Origin: Eubacteriales bacterium
GTDB lineage: Bacteria > Bacillota > Clostridia > Oscillospirales > CAG-272
DNA: 60,952 bases
Reading direction: 5' to 3'
NCBI GenBank assembly: GCA_045594705.1
Contig: JAZNZB010000040.1
Span: 1-60,952 of the forward strand
In this document: piece after piece, positions 17,612 through 25,560 of the stretch
Layout: each line of letters opens with the position of its first letter
How positions within the stretch are numbered: position 1 is the first letter of the stretch
Notes under the pieces: model-generated
Database searches by the model: none
What the model was told of the DNA's origin: nothing
Seen by the model: the letters and a program-made list of their open reading frames with translations, nothing else
Program-made: the position numbers and the translations under genes

Positions 17612-18424
17612 ATGCCGTGGGCTTTACTTGGAATTCTGCTTGCCGTTTGTGCCGCCATGTGCGCTGTCGGCTTTTATAAGTTCGTTTACTTTCTCTCGAT
17701 CGGCTACGGCTTTGCCGTTGCAGGCGGCGGTATCGCCGTTCTGATCATGTATCTGATCAACCCCACCGCAACCCCTCTTTGGATCGTGCTGGTGCAGACC
17801 GCCCTCTTTATCGCGTACGGCGTGCGCCTTTCCGGATTTTTGCTTGTACGCGAGCTCAAGAACGTCACCTTCAAAAAGACTGACGTTGCCAAGGACACAC
17901 TTGCCAAGAACGGCGAGAAAAAGATGCCCATCTTCGTGCTTGCAACCATCTGGGTCACGGTCTCGGTTCTGTACGTCGCGCAGGTCAGCCCCATGCTCTT
18001 CCGCTATGACAACGCCTCTACCGATATCATCGTGCCCGTTGTGGGCTTTGCCGTTTCGGTATTCGGCCTGATCCTTGAATCGATCGCCGACAAGCAGAAG
18101 TCCGCACAGAAAAAGGAACGCCCCGACATGGTGGCAACCAAGGGCCTTTACAGAATGTGCCGCTGCCCCAATTACCTGGGCGAGATCATTTTCTGGACCG
18201 GTGTCTTTATCTCCGGCATCACCGCATACCTGACTGTTGGTCAGTGGATCACCGCGATCCTTGCTTACGTTTGCATTGTGTTCATCATGTTCAACGGTGC
18301 GCAGAGACTTGAAAAGCGTCAGATGGCACGCTACGGCGAAAACGAGGAATACAACACCTACGCAAACAAGACCCCCATCATCATTCCCCTGCTCCCCATC
18401 TACCACCTCAACAAAAAGAAATAA
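17612..18424 (+). CDS. DUF1295 / steroid 5-alpha-reductase-like membrane protein
   Basis: Multi-TM; 'ESIADKQK', 'GLYRMCRCPNYLGEIIFWTG', 'EKRQMARYG...Y..YANKTPIIIP'. Confidence 0.88.
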   Translation: MPWALLGILLAVCAAMCAVGFYKFVYFLSIGYGFAVAGGGIAVLIMYLINPTATPLWIVLVQTALFIAYGVRLSGFLLVRELKNVTFKKTDVAKDTLAKNGEKKMPIFVLATIWVTVSVLYVAQVSPMLFRYDNASTDIIVPVVGFAVSVFGLILESIADKQKSAQKKERPDMVATKGLYRMCRCPNYLGEIIFWTGVFISGITAYLTVGQWITAILAYVCIVFIMFNGAQRLEKRQMARYGENEEYNTYANKTPIIIPLLPIYHLNKKK

Positions 18425-18442
18425 TATCCAAGGAGCAATCTT

Positions 18443-19078
18443 ATGAATGACTTTTCGATCTCCATGGCACTCGTAGACTTCATTCCCGTCATCCTTTTCG
18501 CGGTTGCCGCAAGCATCCTGCTCAGGGATCTTTACGCAGCCATGAATAAGGGCACGTTTACCCTGTTTTCGGCAGGCGTGATCGACGTAGCCATCGCGGG
18601 TGCGCTCAAGGCAACCTGGAAGCTGCTTTACGCTGCGGGCATCTGCAACTTTGAAGCGCTGGATCACATGTTCTTCCCCGTGCAGTCGATCGGTTTTCTG
18701 ATGGCAGGCCTTGGTATGCTGTTCATGCTTTGCCACAAGCAAAAAAACACCGTGCTTGCCGCAGCCGCTCCCGCCGTCTTTTCGGGCACGTTTGTGTTCG
18801 TTGGGCTGATGGTGGCAGGCCTTGGTATCATGGACACCGTGCTCTGCATTCTGTCAGTCAAGCGCAAAAAGCCTTATCTGATCGCCATTTTCGTCCTTTC
18901 CTTTATCTGCTCGCTGTGCATGGGCTACCTTTCCTCGCAGGATTTCGCGCAGGCATCCATGAACTGGATTGCAGAGGGCGTCAACGTGGCAGGTCAGGGC
19001 ACGCTGCTGCTTGGCGTGATGCTGCTGCACAAGGGCGGCCTTGCAAAGCCTTCCCCGAGAAAGCGTGAAGACGTATGA
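18443..19078 (+). CDS. hypothetical integral membrane protein (about 7 TM)
   Basis: AGGAG RBS, hydrophobic helices, translationally coupled within the operon. Confidence 0.8.
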   Translation: MNDFSISMALVDFIPVILFAVAASILLRDLYAAMNKGTFTLFSAGVIDVAIAGALKATWKLLYAAGICNFEALDHMFFPVQSIGFLMAGLGMLFMLCHKQKNTVLAAAAPAVFSGTFVFVGLMVAGLGIMDTVLCILSVKRKKPYLIAIFVLSFICSLCMGYLSSQDFAQASMNWIAEGVNVAGQGTLLLGVMLLHKGGLAKPSPRKREDV

Positions 19079-19725
19079 CCGACGTGCTTTTGAGCAGGAT
19101 CAAGGACAGATACCCTTTGGTAGAATTGGATGTGGGTGAATTTGCCACGCTGCGCGCAAACGGCATGAAGTTTTCGATACAGGCATTCAAAGCACAGGGC
19201 CTTGGACACGTTTCGATCATGCGCGCCAAGGGATTTTTCGGCCTTATGAAAATGGACACGCTGATGATCGTGCCCGACGAGAAGGATCTGCCGCTCTACT
19301 CCTACGACCGCATCTACGCCGCAGGCAACGATACGCTGATCGTGGAGCTTTACGACACGCTGACCGCCCCGCTTGACCTTGGTGCACTTGGCGAGATCAT
19401 ATCCCGCCGCACCTACCTTGCAGGGCGCGATCCCGGAAAGCATTGGTACGATGATATCAAGCTGGAAGAGAGCATTTCCAAAAAGGGCAAGCGCGCACAG
19501 ACCCCCGAGCTGGACGCGCTGGCCTACGAGCACTTTGAGGCTTACCTCTCGGCTCCCGCAGCCGCCACGGCGGACGTGTCGCAAAAGAAAGCGCGCTCCG
19601 CAGCCTACGTCAATGGGCTTTTGACCCACGGCGGTCCCTCGACCGACGTTTTCAAAAAAGCGCTGGGCGCAGAAACCACTTCCCGCCTGTTTTGCGAAGT
19701 CCTGTTCGGTATTGACGGGAAGTAA
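19075..19725 (+). CDS. hypothetical protein with a probable ferredoxin-dependent bilin reductase (PebA/PcyA/RCCR) fold
   Basis: ATGA overlap with the upstream gene; 'P.EKDLPLYSYD', 'FEAYL', C-terminal 'GGPSTDVFKKALGAETTSRLFCEVLFG'. Confidence 0.6.
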   Translation: MTDVLLSRIKDRYPLVELDVGEFATLRANGMKFSIQAFKAQGLGHVSIMRAKGFFGLMKMDTLMIVPDEKDLPLYSYDRIYAAGNDTLIVELYDTLTAPLDLGALGEIISRRTYLAGRDPGKHWYDDIKLEESISKKGKRAQTPELDALAYEHFEAYLSAPAAATADVSQKKARSAAYVNGLLTHGGPSTDVFKKALGAETTSRLFCEVLFGIDGK

Positions 19726-19788
19726 CGCCGCGCCGTAGCCGAATGGCAAGCGCCTAAAAGCAGACGCGACCAATCAATCCATCATTTT

Positions 19789-19821
19789 TTCAGCCCTCAT
19801 CCTTGGCGGATGAGGGCTGAA
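19789..19821. terminator. 14-bp stem-loop after the redox operon
   Basis: TTCAGCCCTCATCC/GGATGAGGGCTGAA. Confidence 0.5.
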
Positions 19822-19910
19822 CTGTATACTTTCCCCCAAACTCTACGAAAAAGTGATTGCATCAAAAGCACTCTCCGCGCTCGCTTTTCTCGCATAAAAA
19901 GATACCTATC

Positions 19911-20014
19911 GCAGGGGACGGCGCCCTCGACGTCCCGAGCCAGCAGCAACTAATCTTTTACAAAGAAGGAGTTAGTTTGTGCCTGCCCGGGACGTCGAGC
20001 GCGCCGTCCCCTGC
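19911..20014. repeat. REPIN-like element (inverted pair of REP palindromes)
   Basis: GCAGGGGACGGCGCCCTCGACGTCCCG (19911-19937) and its inverted copy (19988-20014, one mismatch); a second element lies at 60863. Confidence 0.8.
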
Positions 20015-20113
20015 AACTGTTTATATGGATATGTCGGTTTTTTCATTCTAACAGAAATGGGGATAAATCATCCCCATTTCTCCGCTATTTCCTCAGCCCC
20101 ATGGGCAATTTTT

Positions 20114-20869
20114 TCAAAAGACAAAATGCAAAAAAATCTGCAGAAGCCCCGATATCAGCAAATTTGCGCCTGCCAGCGAAAACAGAGGCGTCCATACGTT
20201 ATCCGTTTTTTGATAAGACCAGCACGCCAGCAGATGAATGGGCAGCGTGGCAAGATAGCCGTAAAGCACCAGCGCTGCGTCACCGCGCCAAAGAATATCA
20301 ATGATCGGCGGAACCAGCGTGACAACCACTACGCCGAGATAACCCAGCCAGGGCTTGATATTGCAAAGCGGTGAAAAGCCCGTACAATAGAACAAGGCGC
20401 AGATACTGATGGGCGCAAACACCGAGAGGACGATCGTGCCCAAGATGGGCTGAAACTGAACCAAAGACAGCGAAGTATGGCTGACGTTCATCTCTGCGAC
20501 CGGAAGGCTTTCCATCATAAGAGAAAGATCAAATCCGCCAAGGTACAAAACGCCCAGCCATATAGCCTCAACGCCCAGAATCAGGCCGACTGTCAACAAA
20601 ACGTGCTTCAGACAGTGCCATACGTCGGTGGTCAACATGAACCATTCTTCCTTCAGGTAACCCAATATCAAAAACAACACGCCAACGCCGGTGACAGCGT
20701 GATAGCCGATCTCCAGCCATACGCTGCTCTCCCCTTGCTCCCAAAGTCCAAATCCCAGATAGGGCAGAAACGTGGGAAACAGCACAAAAAAGAATATCCA
20801 AGAGAAGATCAGGGCAAAGGTATGTACTTTTTCCGGCTTGCTGGTCATATGTGGAAACAATTTGCTCAT
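20114..20869 (-). CDS. CPBP/Abi (CAAX protease-like) membrane protein with degenerate catalytic motifs
   Basis: Multi-TM, 'LACWSYQKTDNVWTP' motif; EExxxR and HxxxN positions replaced; AAGGAG RBS before ATG 20869. Confidence 0.65.
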   Translation of the reverse strand: MSKLFPHMTSKPEKVHTFALIFSWIFFFVLFPTFLPYLGFGLWEQGESSVWLEIGYHAVTGVGVLFLILGYLKEEWFMLTTDVWHCLKHVLLTVGLILGVEAIWLGVLYLGGFDLSLMMESLPVAEMNVSHTSLSLVQFQPILGTIVLSVFAPISICALFYCTGFSPLCNIKPWLGYLGVVVVTLVPPIIDILWRGDAALVLYGYLATLPIHLLACWSYQKTDNVWTPLFSLAGANLLISGLLQIFLHFVF

Positions 20870-21015
20870 CAGCCGCGCTCCTTTCAAAAGCAATCAAGAA
20901 GATAAAAGCCGCAGAGACTTCCCTGCGACCCCGGATGCGGTCAAGCCGCTAACCTATTATAGCATGCATATGAAAAAAAGTCAAGAATCGTGTCAGCAAA
21001 GAATAGGCGAATCCG

Positions 21016-21044
21016 TTGAAAAGTTCACATAAATCTGGTATAAT
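21016..21044 (+). promoter_or_regulatory. sigma-A promoter for the Crp/Fnr gene
   Basis: TTGAAA-17bp-TATAAT with TG extension. Confidence 0.65.
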
Positions 21045-21075
21045 ACAGAAAAGCCCTTTGAAAGGAGGCATGGCC

Positions 21076-21741
21076 ATGCCACTTGAACAATTCTATCAAG
21101 CCTATTTTCCCTTCTGGAGTGTGCTTGCCGAGGCGGACAAGCAGCTTTTGTGCGAAAGCACAGCAGAAAAGCACTTTGATCGCTCCCAGCCCGTTCACGA
21201 CAATATGGGCTGCACGGGGCTTTTCATCGTGCGCTCGGGCAGACTTCGCCTCTATATGCTTTCCGAGGACGGCAAGGAGATCACCCTCTACCGCCTCTCG
21301 CCCGGCGACATCTGTATGCTCTCGGCATCCTGCGTTTTGCAAAGCGTGACCTTTGACGTGTACGTGGATGCAGAGGAGGAGAGCGACTGCTATCACATCA
21401 GCGCCTCTGCCTTCGGCGAGGTCAGCAACCGCTATCTTGAGGTCAAGAATTACGCCCTGGAAACCGCCGTCAGCCGTTTTTCCGACGTGATGTGGATCAT
21501 GCAGCAGATCGTCTTTATGAGCATGGACACACGCCTTGCCATCTTTCTGCTTGAGGAAACGCAGGCAAACGGCACGGATTGCGTGAATATGACGCACGAA
21601 ACCATTGCGCGCCACCTTGGCACTGCCCGCGAGGTCGTGACCAGGATGCTCAAGCACCTTGCCGCCGACAGCGTGATCGAGGTCACGAGAAAAGGTATTG
21701 TGATCAAAGATAAAAAGAAACTCCAAAATCTTGCATACTAA
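21076..21741 (+). CDS. Crp/Fnr family transcriptional regulator
   Basis: 'SEDGKEITLYRL..GD.C.LSASC' cNMP-like domain; HTH 'THETIARHLGTAREVVTRML'. Confidence 0.93.
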   Translation: MPLEQFYQAYFPFWSVLAEADKQLLCESTAEKHFDRSQPVHDNMGCTGLFIVRSGRLRLYMLSEDGKEITLYRLSPGDICMLSASCVLQSVTFDVYVDAEEESDCYHISASAFGEVSNRYLEVKNYALETAVSRFSDVMWIMQQIVFMSMDTRLAIFLLEETQANGTDCVNMTHETIARHLGTAREVVTRMLKHLAADSVIEVTRKGIVIKDKKKLQNLAY

Positions 21742-21749
21742 AAGATCAA

Positions 21750-21775
21750 AGCCACGGTTCAAGCGAGCCGTGGCT
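21750..21775. terminator. terminator between convergent genes
   Basis: AGCCACGGTTC/GAGCCGTGGCT stem. Confidence 0.6.
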
Positions 21776-21791
21776 ATTGTCATATATGCGA

Positions 21792-22187
21792 TTATTCTGT
21801 TACAGTTCCGTACTTCCAATCATTGATACCGCCGAACTCCTTAATATTCGTATAGCCTAACGTCGCAAGCTCATTTGCGGCGTTTTTGCTTCGTCTGCCG
21901 CTTCTGCAATAGACGAGGATCAGCTGATCCTTATCGGTCAATACGCTTTCGGCTTTCTCTCCGATCTCATAATCCGGAATGAGAATAGCTCCTTCAATAT
22001 GTCTCTCGGCAAACTCCTCGGGGGTGCGCACGTCGAGAATCACGTATCCTTCCTCGCTATCCATAAGCGCCTTTGCCTTAGCGGGCGTGATCTGCTCGTA
22101 GGCGCTTTTACCATAATCACCGTTGCATCCCACAAGCATAGAAACCATCAGTGCAACCGATACGGCAATGAAAATGCGCTTCATCAT
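21792..22187 (-). CDS. rhodanese-like sulfurtransferase lipoprotein
   Basis: Lipobox LVGC, 'LDVRT.EEF...HI.GA', 'YCRSGRRS'; ATG overlaps the trxA stop. Confidence 0.9.
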   Translation of the reverse strand: MMKRIFIAVSVALMVSMLVGCNGDYGKSAYEQITPAKAKALMDSEEGYVILDVRTPEEFAERHIEGAILIPDYEIGEKAESVLTDKDQLILVYCRSGRRSKNAANELATLGYTNIKEFGGINDWKYGTVTE

Positions 22188-22486
22188 GCAAGCTCGGCAA
22201 GAATGGCGGTTTTGGGTCTTGCGCCCACGATTCTTGTTTTTTCTTCTCCGTCCTTGAAGACGATCAGCGTGGGAATGCTCATCACGCCGTATTTCATAGC
22301 AAGGGCGTTTTCGTCGTCCACGTTCACCTTGCCGACGGTGATATCGCTTCTCTCCTCGGCGATCTCGTCCACGATGGGCGAGACCATACGGCAAGGTCCG
22401 CACCAATCGGCGTAGAAATCCACGAGTACCGTGCCGTTTGCAATTGCGTTATGAAAATTATTCTGATCCAATTTTTGTACTGACAT
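22184..22486 (-). CDS. trxA: thioredoxin
   Basis: 'VDFYADWCGPCR', 'MSIPTL'. Confidence 0.96.
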   Translation of the reverse strand: MSVQKLDQNNFHNAIANGTVLVDFYADWCGPCRMVSPIVDEIAEERSDITVGKVNVDDENALAMKYGVMSIPTLIVFKDGEEKTRIVGARPKTAILAELA

Positions 22487-22513
22487 AAGATATACCTCCG
22501 TTTTTATTTACAT

Positions 22514-24196
22514 TCATTTACATTCGGTGCAGATATACTCCGGCACCGTTCTTTCGTTTATAACCGATTCATACAGCCGCCATCCGCCCGCGAGATTGTA
22601 GCATTCAAATCCGTTGCCCGCAAGGATGCGGCAAGCGATATAGGAGCGCAGGCCCGAGTGGCAATGCACGTACACGGGCTTGCCTGCGGGAACCTCGCCA
22701 AGACGCTTGCGCAACGAGTCCAGCGGAATATGCATAAAGCCTTCGATCTTTCCGCGCGCTACCTCGGTATCGGTGCGGGTATCAAGCAGAGTCACACTAC
22801 CGTCACGCGGGAGCTTTTCCACGTCGTGCCAGAAAAACTGCCCGATCTTGCCCGTGATCACGTTTTCGGCAACAAAGCCGACCATATTGACAGGATCCTT
22901 GGCAGAGCCGAATGGGGGCGCATAGCAGAGTTCCAATTCGGCAAGGTCAGTCACCTTCGCGCCAAGCCGTATCGCGGTGGCGATCACGTCCATACGCTTA
23001 TCCACACCGTCAAAGCCCACGATCTGCGCGCCCAGGATCTTGTGCGTCACCTTATCCCACAGCACCTTGACCGACATCATGGACGCACCCGGATAGTAGG
23101 AGGCGTGAGACGCGGAGTAGGTGTAGGTCTTATCATAATCATAGCCTGCCGCAGCTGCGCTCTTTTCATTCAGACCCGTGGTGGCTACCGTCATATCAAA
23201 GAGCTTCAGCACCGACGAGCCCTGCGTGCCCTTGTACTCCGAGGGAATGCCGCAGATATTGTCCGCCGCAATGCGGCCTTGCTTGTTGGCAGGGCCTGCA
23301 AGCGGGATGAAGGACGGCTCACCCGTCACGAAATTCCGCACGGTCACCGCATCGCCCACGGCGTACACGTCGGGAGCACTTGTCTGCATTCTCTCGTTGA
23401 CGATGATGCTGCCGCGCCCGTCGGTCTCAATGCCCGAGGATCTGACAAATGCGGTATCGGGGCGAACACCGACAGACAAGAGCACCATATCCGCTTCAAC
23501 CGTTCCTTGATTCAGCTCTACGGTCAATCCCCTGCCGTGATCCTGCACGGCGACGACGCCGTTCCCAAGCGCGAGCCTGATGCCTTTCGACTTGATATAT
23601 CTGTGCACGTCCGCGGCCATATCGAAATCCAGAGGCGCGATCAGATGGTCGGACAGCTCCACGATGGTCACGACAAGTCCGGCCTTGACAAGGTTTTCAG
23701 CCATCTCCACGCCGATATATCCGCCGCCGACAACGACTGCCGATTTCGGATGCCTTTCTTCTATATACTGCTTGATCTTGATCGTATCGGGAATATTGCG
23801 CAGGGTAAAGACCTTGTCGCTCTCAATTCCTGCAATGCCCGGACGAATGGGAGCAGCACCGGGAGAAAGCACCAGGCTGTCATACCGCTCGGTGTATTCC
23901 TCGCCCGTTTTCAGATCTCTGAGTGTAACAGTCTTGTTTTGTGTATCTATGGCAATCGCCTCGCAAAACGTGCGCACGTCGATATTGAAACGTGCCTTGA
24001 AGCTCTCGGGGGTTTGCAGCGTGAGATTGCCTTTTTCGGTGATATCACCGCCGACGTAATAAGGAAGGCCGCAGTTGGCAAAGGAAATGAACTCCCCGCG
24101 CTCGAATATGATGATCTCGGCTTTCTCGTCAAGCCGTCTGAGTCTTGCCGCGCAGGACGCACCGCCCGCCACGCCTCCTATGATCAAGGTCTTCAT
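22514..24196 (-). CDS. cdr: CoA-disulfide reductase-rhodanese fusion (CoADR-RHD, persulfide reductase type)
   Basis: 'GGVAGGAS', 'SFANCGLPY', 'GGGYIG', 'YAPPF', C-terminal rhodanese 'HCHSGLRSY'. Confidence 0.92.
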   Translation of the reverse strand: MKTLIIGGVAGGASCAARLRRLDEKAEIIIFERGEFISFANCGLPYYVGGDITEKGNLTLQTPESFKARFNIDVRTFCEAIAIDTQNKTVTLRDLKTGEEYTERYDSLVLSPGAAPIRPGIAGIESDKVFTLRNIPDTIKIKQYIEERHPKSAVVVGGGYIGVEMAENLVKAGLVVTIVELSDHLIAPLDFDMAADVHRYIKSKGIRLALGNGVVAVQDHGRGLTVELNQGTVEADMVLLSVGVRPDTAFVRSSGIETDGRGSIIVNERMQTSAPDVYAVGDAVTVRNFVTGEPSFIPLAGPANKQGRIAADNICGIPSEYKGTQGSSVLKLFDMTVATTGLNEKSAAAAGYDYDKTYTYSASHASYYPGASMMSVKVLWDKVTHKILGAQIVGFDGVDKRMDVIATAIRLGAKVTDLAELELCYAPPFGSAKDPVNMVGFVAENVITGKIGQFFWHDVEKLPRDGSVTLLDTRTDTEVARGKIEGFMHIPLDSLRKRLGEVPAGKPVYVHCHSGLRSYIACRILAGNGFECYNLAGGWRLYESVINERTVPEYICTECK

Positions 24197-24257
24197 AAAT
24201 TTCCCTCCGTTTTTTCTTTCTGTGAGCATATTTTATCATACTTTTTCCGTGCCCGCT

Positions 24258-24336
24258 GTGACTTTGGTCACTCAAAGAAATTATACCACAAAATTCGCAA
24301 GATGGCAATCAAAACACGGCTTGTGACAAAAGTCAC
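24258..24336. promoter_or_regulatory. two GTGAC-N4-GTCAC palindromes between divergent genes (probable Crp/Fnr sites)
   Basis: GTGACTTTGGTCAC at 24258-24271 and GTGACAAAAGTCAC at 24323-24336. Confidence 0.65.
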
Positions 24337-24397
24337 GGAAAAAACTCCGATCAAACGATAAAATAAAACCGTAATCAAATCACAAGGAGGATACAAC

Positions 24398-24718
24398 ATG
24401 AGTTTTTTCAATATATTTTCCCGCAAGGATATCAACCAAGGGGTCAAACAATTCCGTGAAAACGAGGATGCAATTCTTCTCGACGTCAGAACGAGAGAGG
24501 AATACGCAAGCGGACACATTGAAGGAAGCCGCAACCTTCCGCTGGACGAGATCGACAGAGTGGATTCGGTCATCAAGGACAAAAACGCGCCTGTGTACGT
24601 CCATTGCCTGAGCGGAGGACGAAGCGCACGCGCGGCAGCTTATCTGAGGGGCAAGGGATACAGAGACGTTCACGACATCGGAGGGATCGGATCGTACACA
24701 GGCAAGATCGTTGTTTGA
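24398..24718 (+). CDS. single-domain rhodanese
   Basis: 'LLDVRTREEYASGHIEGS', 'HCLSGGRS'; AAGGAGG RBS. Confidence 0.93.
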   Translation: MSFFNIFSRKDINQGVKQFRENEDAILLDVRTREEYASGHIEGSRNLPLDEIDRVDSVIKDKNAPVYVHCLSGGRSARAAAYLRGKGYRDVHDIGGIGSYTGKIVV

Positions 24719-24734
24719 ACATAATATGCAACAC

Positions 24735-24766
24735 AGGGACTGAGTCATTCACTCAGTCCCTTTGTT
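24735..24766. terminator. terminator between convergent genes
   Basis: AGGGACTGAGT/ACTCAGTCCCT 11-bp stem. Confidence 0.65.
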
Positions 24767-24784
24767 CGTATCGCCCGTCGGGTC

Positions 24785-25549
24785 TTATTCCAAAATATTG
24801 GACGTAATATAATCCACGCCCCACTCAACAAGATCCTCTGCCTTGTCGATCGAGTCGCAGGTCCAGACGTTGAGCTTGATGCCGCGCGCATGGATGCGCT
24901 CGACAAGCTCCTTTGTGGTCGTGAAAATATGAATGTCCAGGTCAAAGCCTTGCGCCGCAACCTCGTCTAAGAACGCATCGGTAAACTCATGCCCTTGATC
25001 GGTCAGAAACTGCACGGGGCAATCGGGCAGATGCTTGCGGATCTCCACGAGGTTTTCCCAATAAAACGAGATAAATACCACCTTGTCAAGGTAATCCTGC
25101 TCGCGAAACGCTGCAACCACGTCTGCGATGGTCTCGGGCGTCATGGCGTGCTTGAGCTCGGTCACGCACACCTTGCCATACCCCTTGCAGATGCGGATAT
25201 ACTCCTGCAGCGTGGGGATACGCAGGTCGGAGCGCGGTGCCTTCATGCCGGGCGTCAGACCGTAATCCTCCATGGTATGGAAAAAGGGTCTGTCATACAG
25301 CACCACGGTCTGAATTTGCTCGACCGTGCTCTCGGACATGATCATGGTCGTGGGAGCAAAGCCCTCGGTTGAGTCGTTATGCATGACCACAAGACCGTCC
25401 TTTGCCACGCGCACGTCACATTCCACGCCCCAGTAAGAGCGGTTGCCTGCCGCGATAAAGCCCGCGTTGGTATTGGCTGTTTCCATTCCAAACAAGCCCG
25501 CATGCGCGACCATTTTGGTATTTTTCTTATTGATTTTTATTGTATCCAT
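24785..25549 (-). CDS. glycerophosphodiester phosphodiesterase family protein
   Basis: 'VAHAG', 'VECDV...KDG.VVMH', 'IPTL', 'ELK', 'ISF', 'NVWT', 'GVDYITSN'. Confidence 0.88.
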   Translation of the reverse strand: MDTIKINKKNTKMVAHAGLFGMETANTNAGFIAAGNRSYWGVECDVRVAKDGLVVMHNDSTEGFAPTTMIMSESTVEQIQTVVLYDRPFFHTMEDYGLTPGMKAPRSDLRIPTLQEYIRICKGYGKVCVTELKHAMTPETIADVVAAFREQDYLDKVVFISFYWENLVEIRKHLPDCPVQFLTDQGHEFTDAFLDEVAAQGFDLDIHIFTTTKELVERIHARGIKLNVWTCDSIDKAEDLVEWGVDYITSNILE

Positions 25550-25560
25550 AAACTCTCCTT

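Noticed and set aside
20114-20869. CPBP protein as the processing enzyme for the GC-TM-KKK tails
   Set aside because: Catalytic Glu and His residues are missing and the gene is not linked to either substrate
21792-22406. 204-aa version of the rhodanese ORF
   Set aside because: The N-terminal extension overlaps trxA; the true start is the ATG at 22187, which gives a lipoprotein signal
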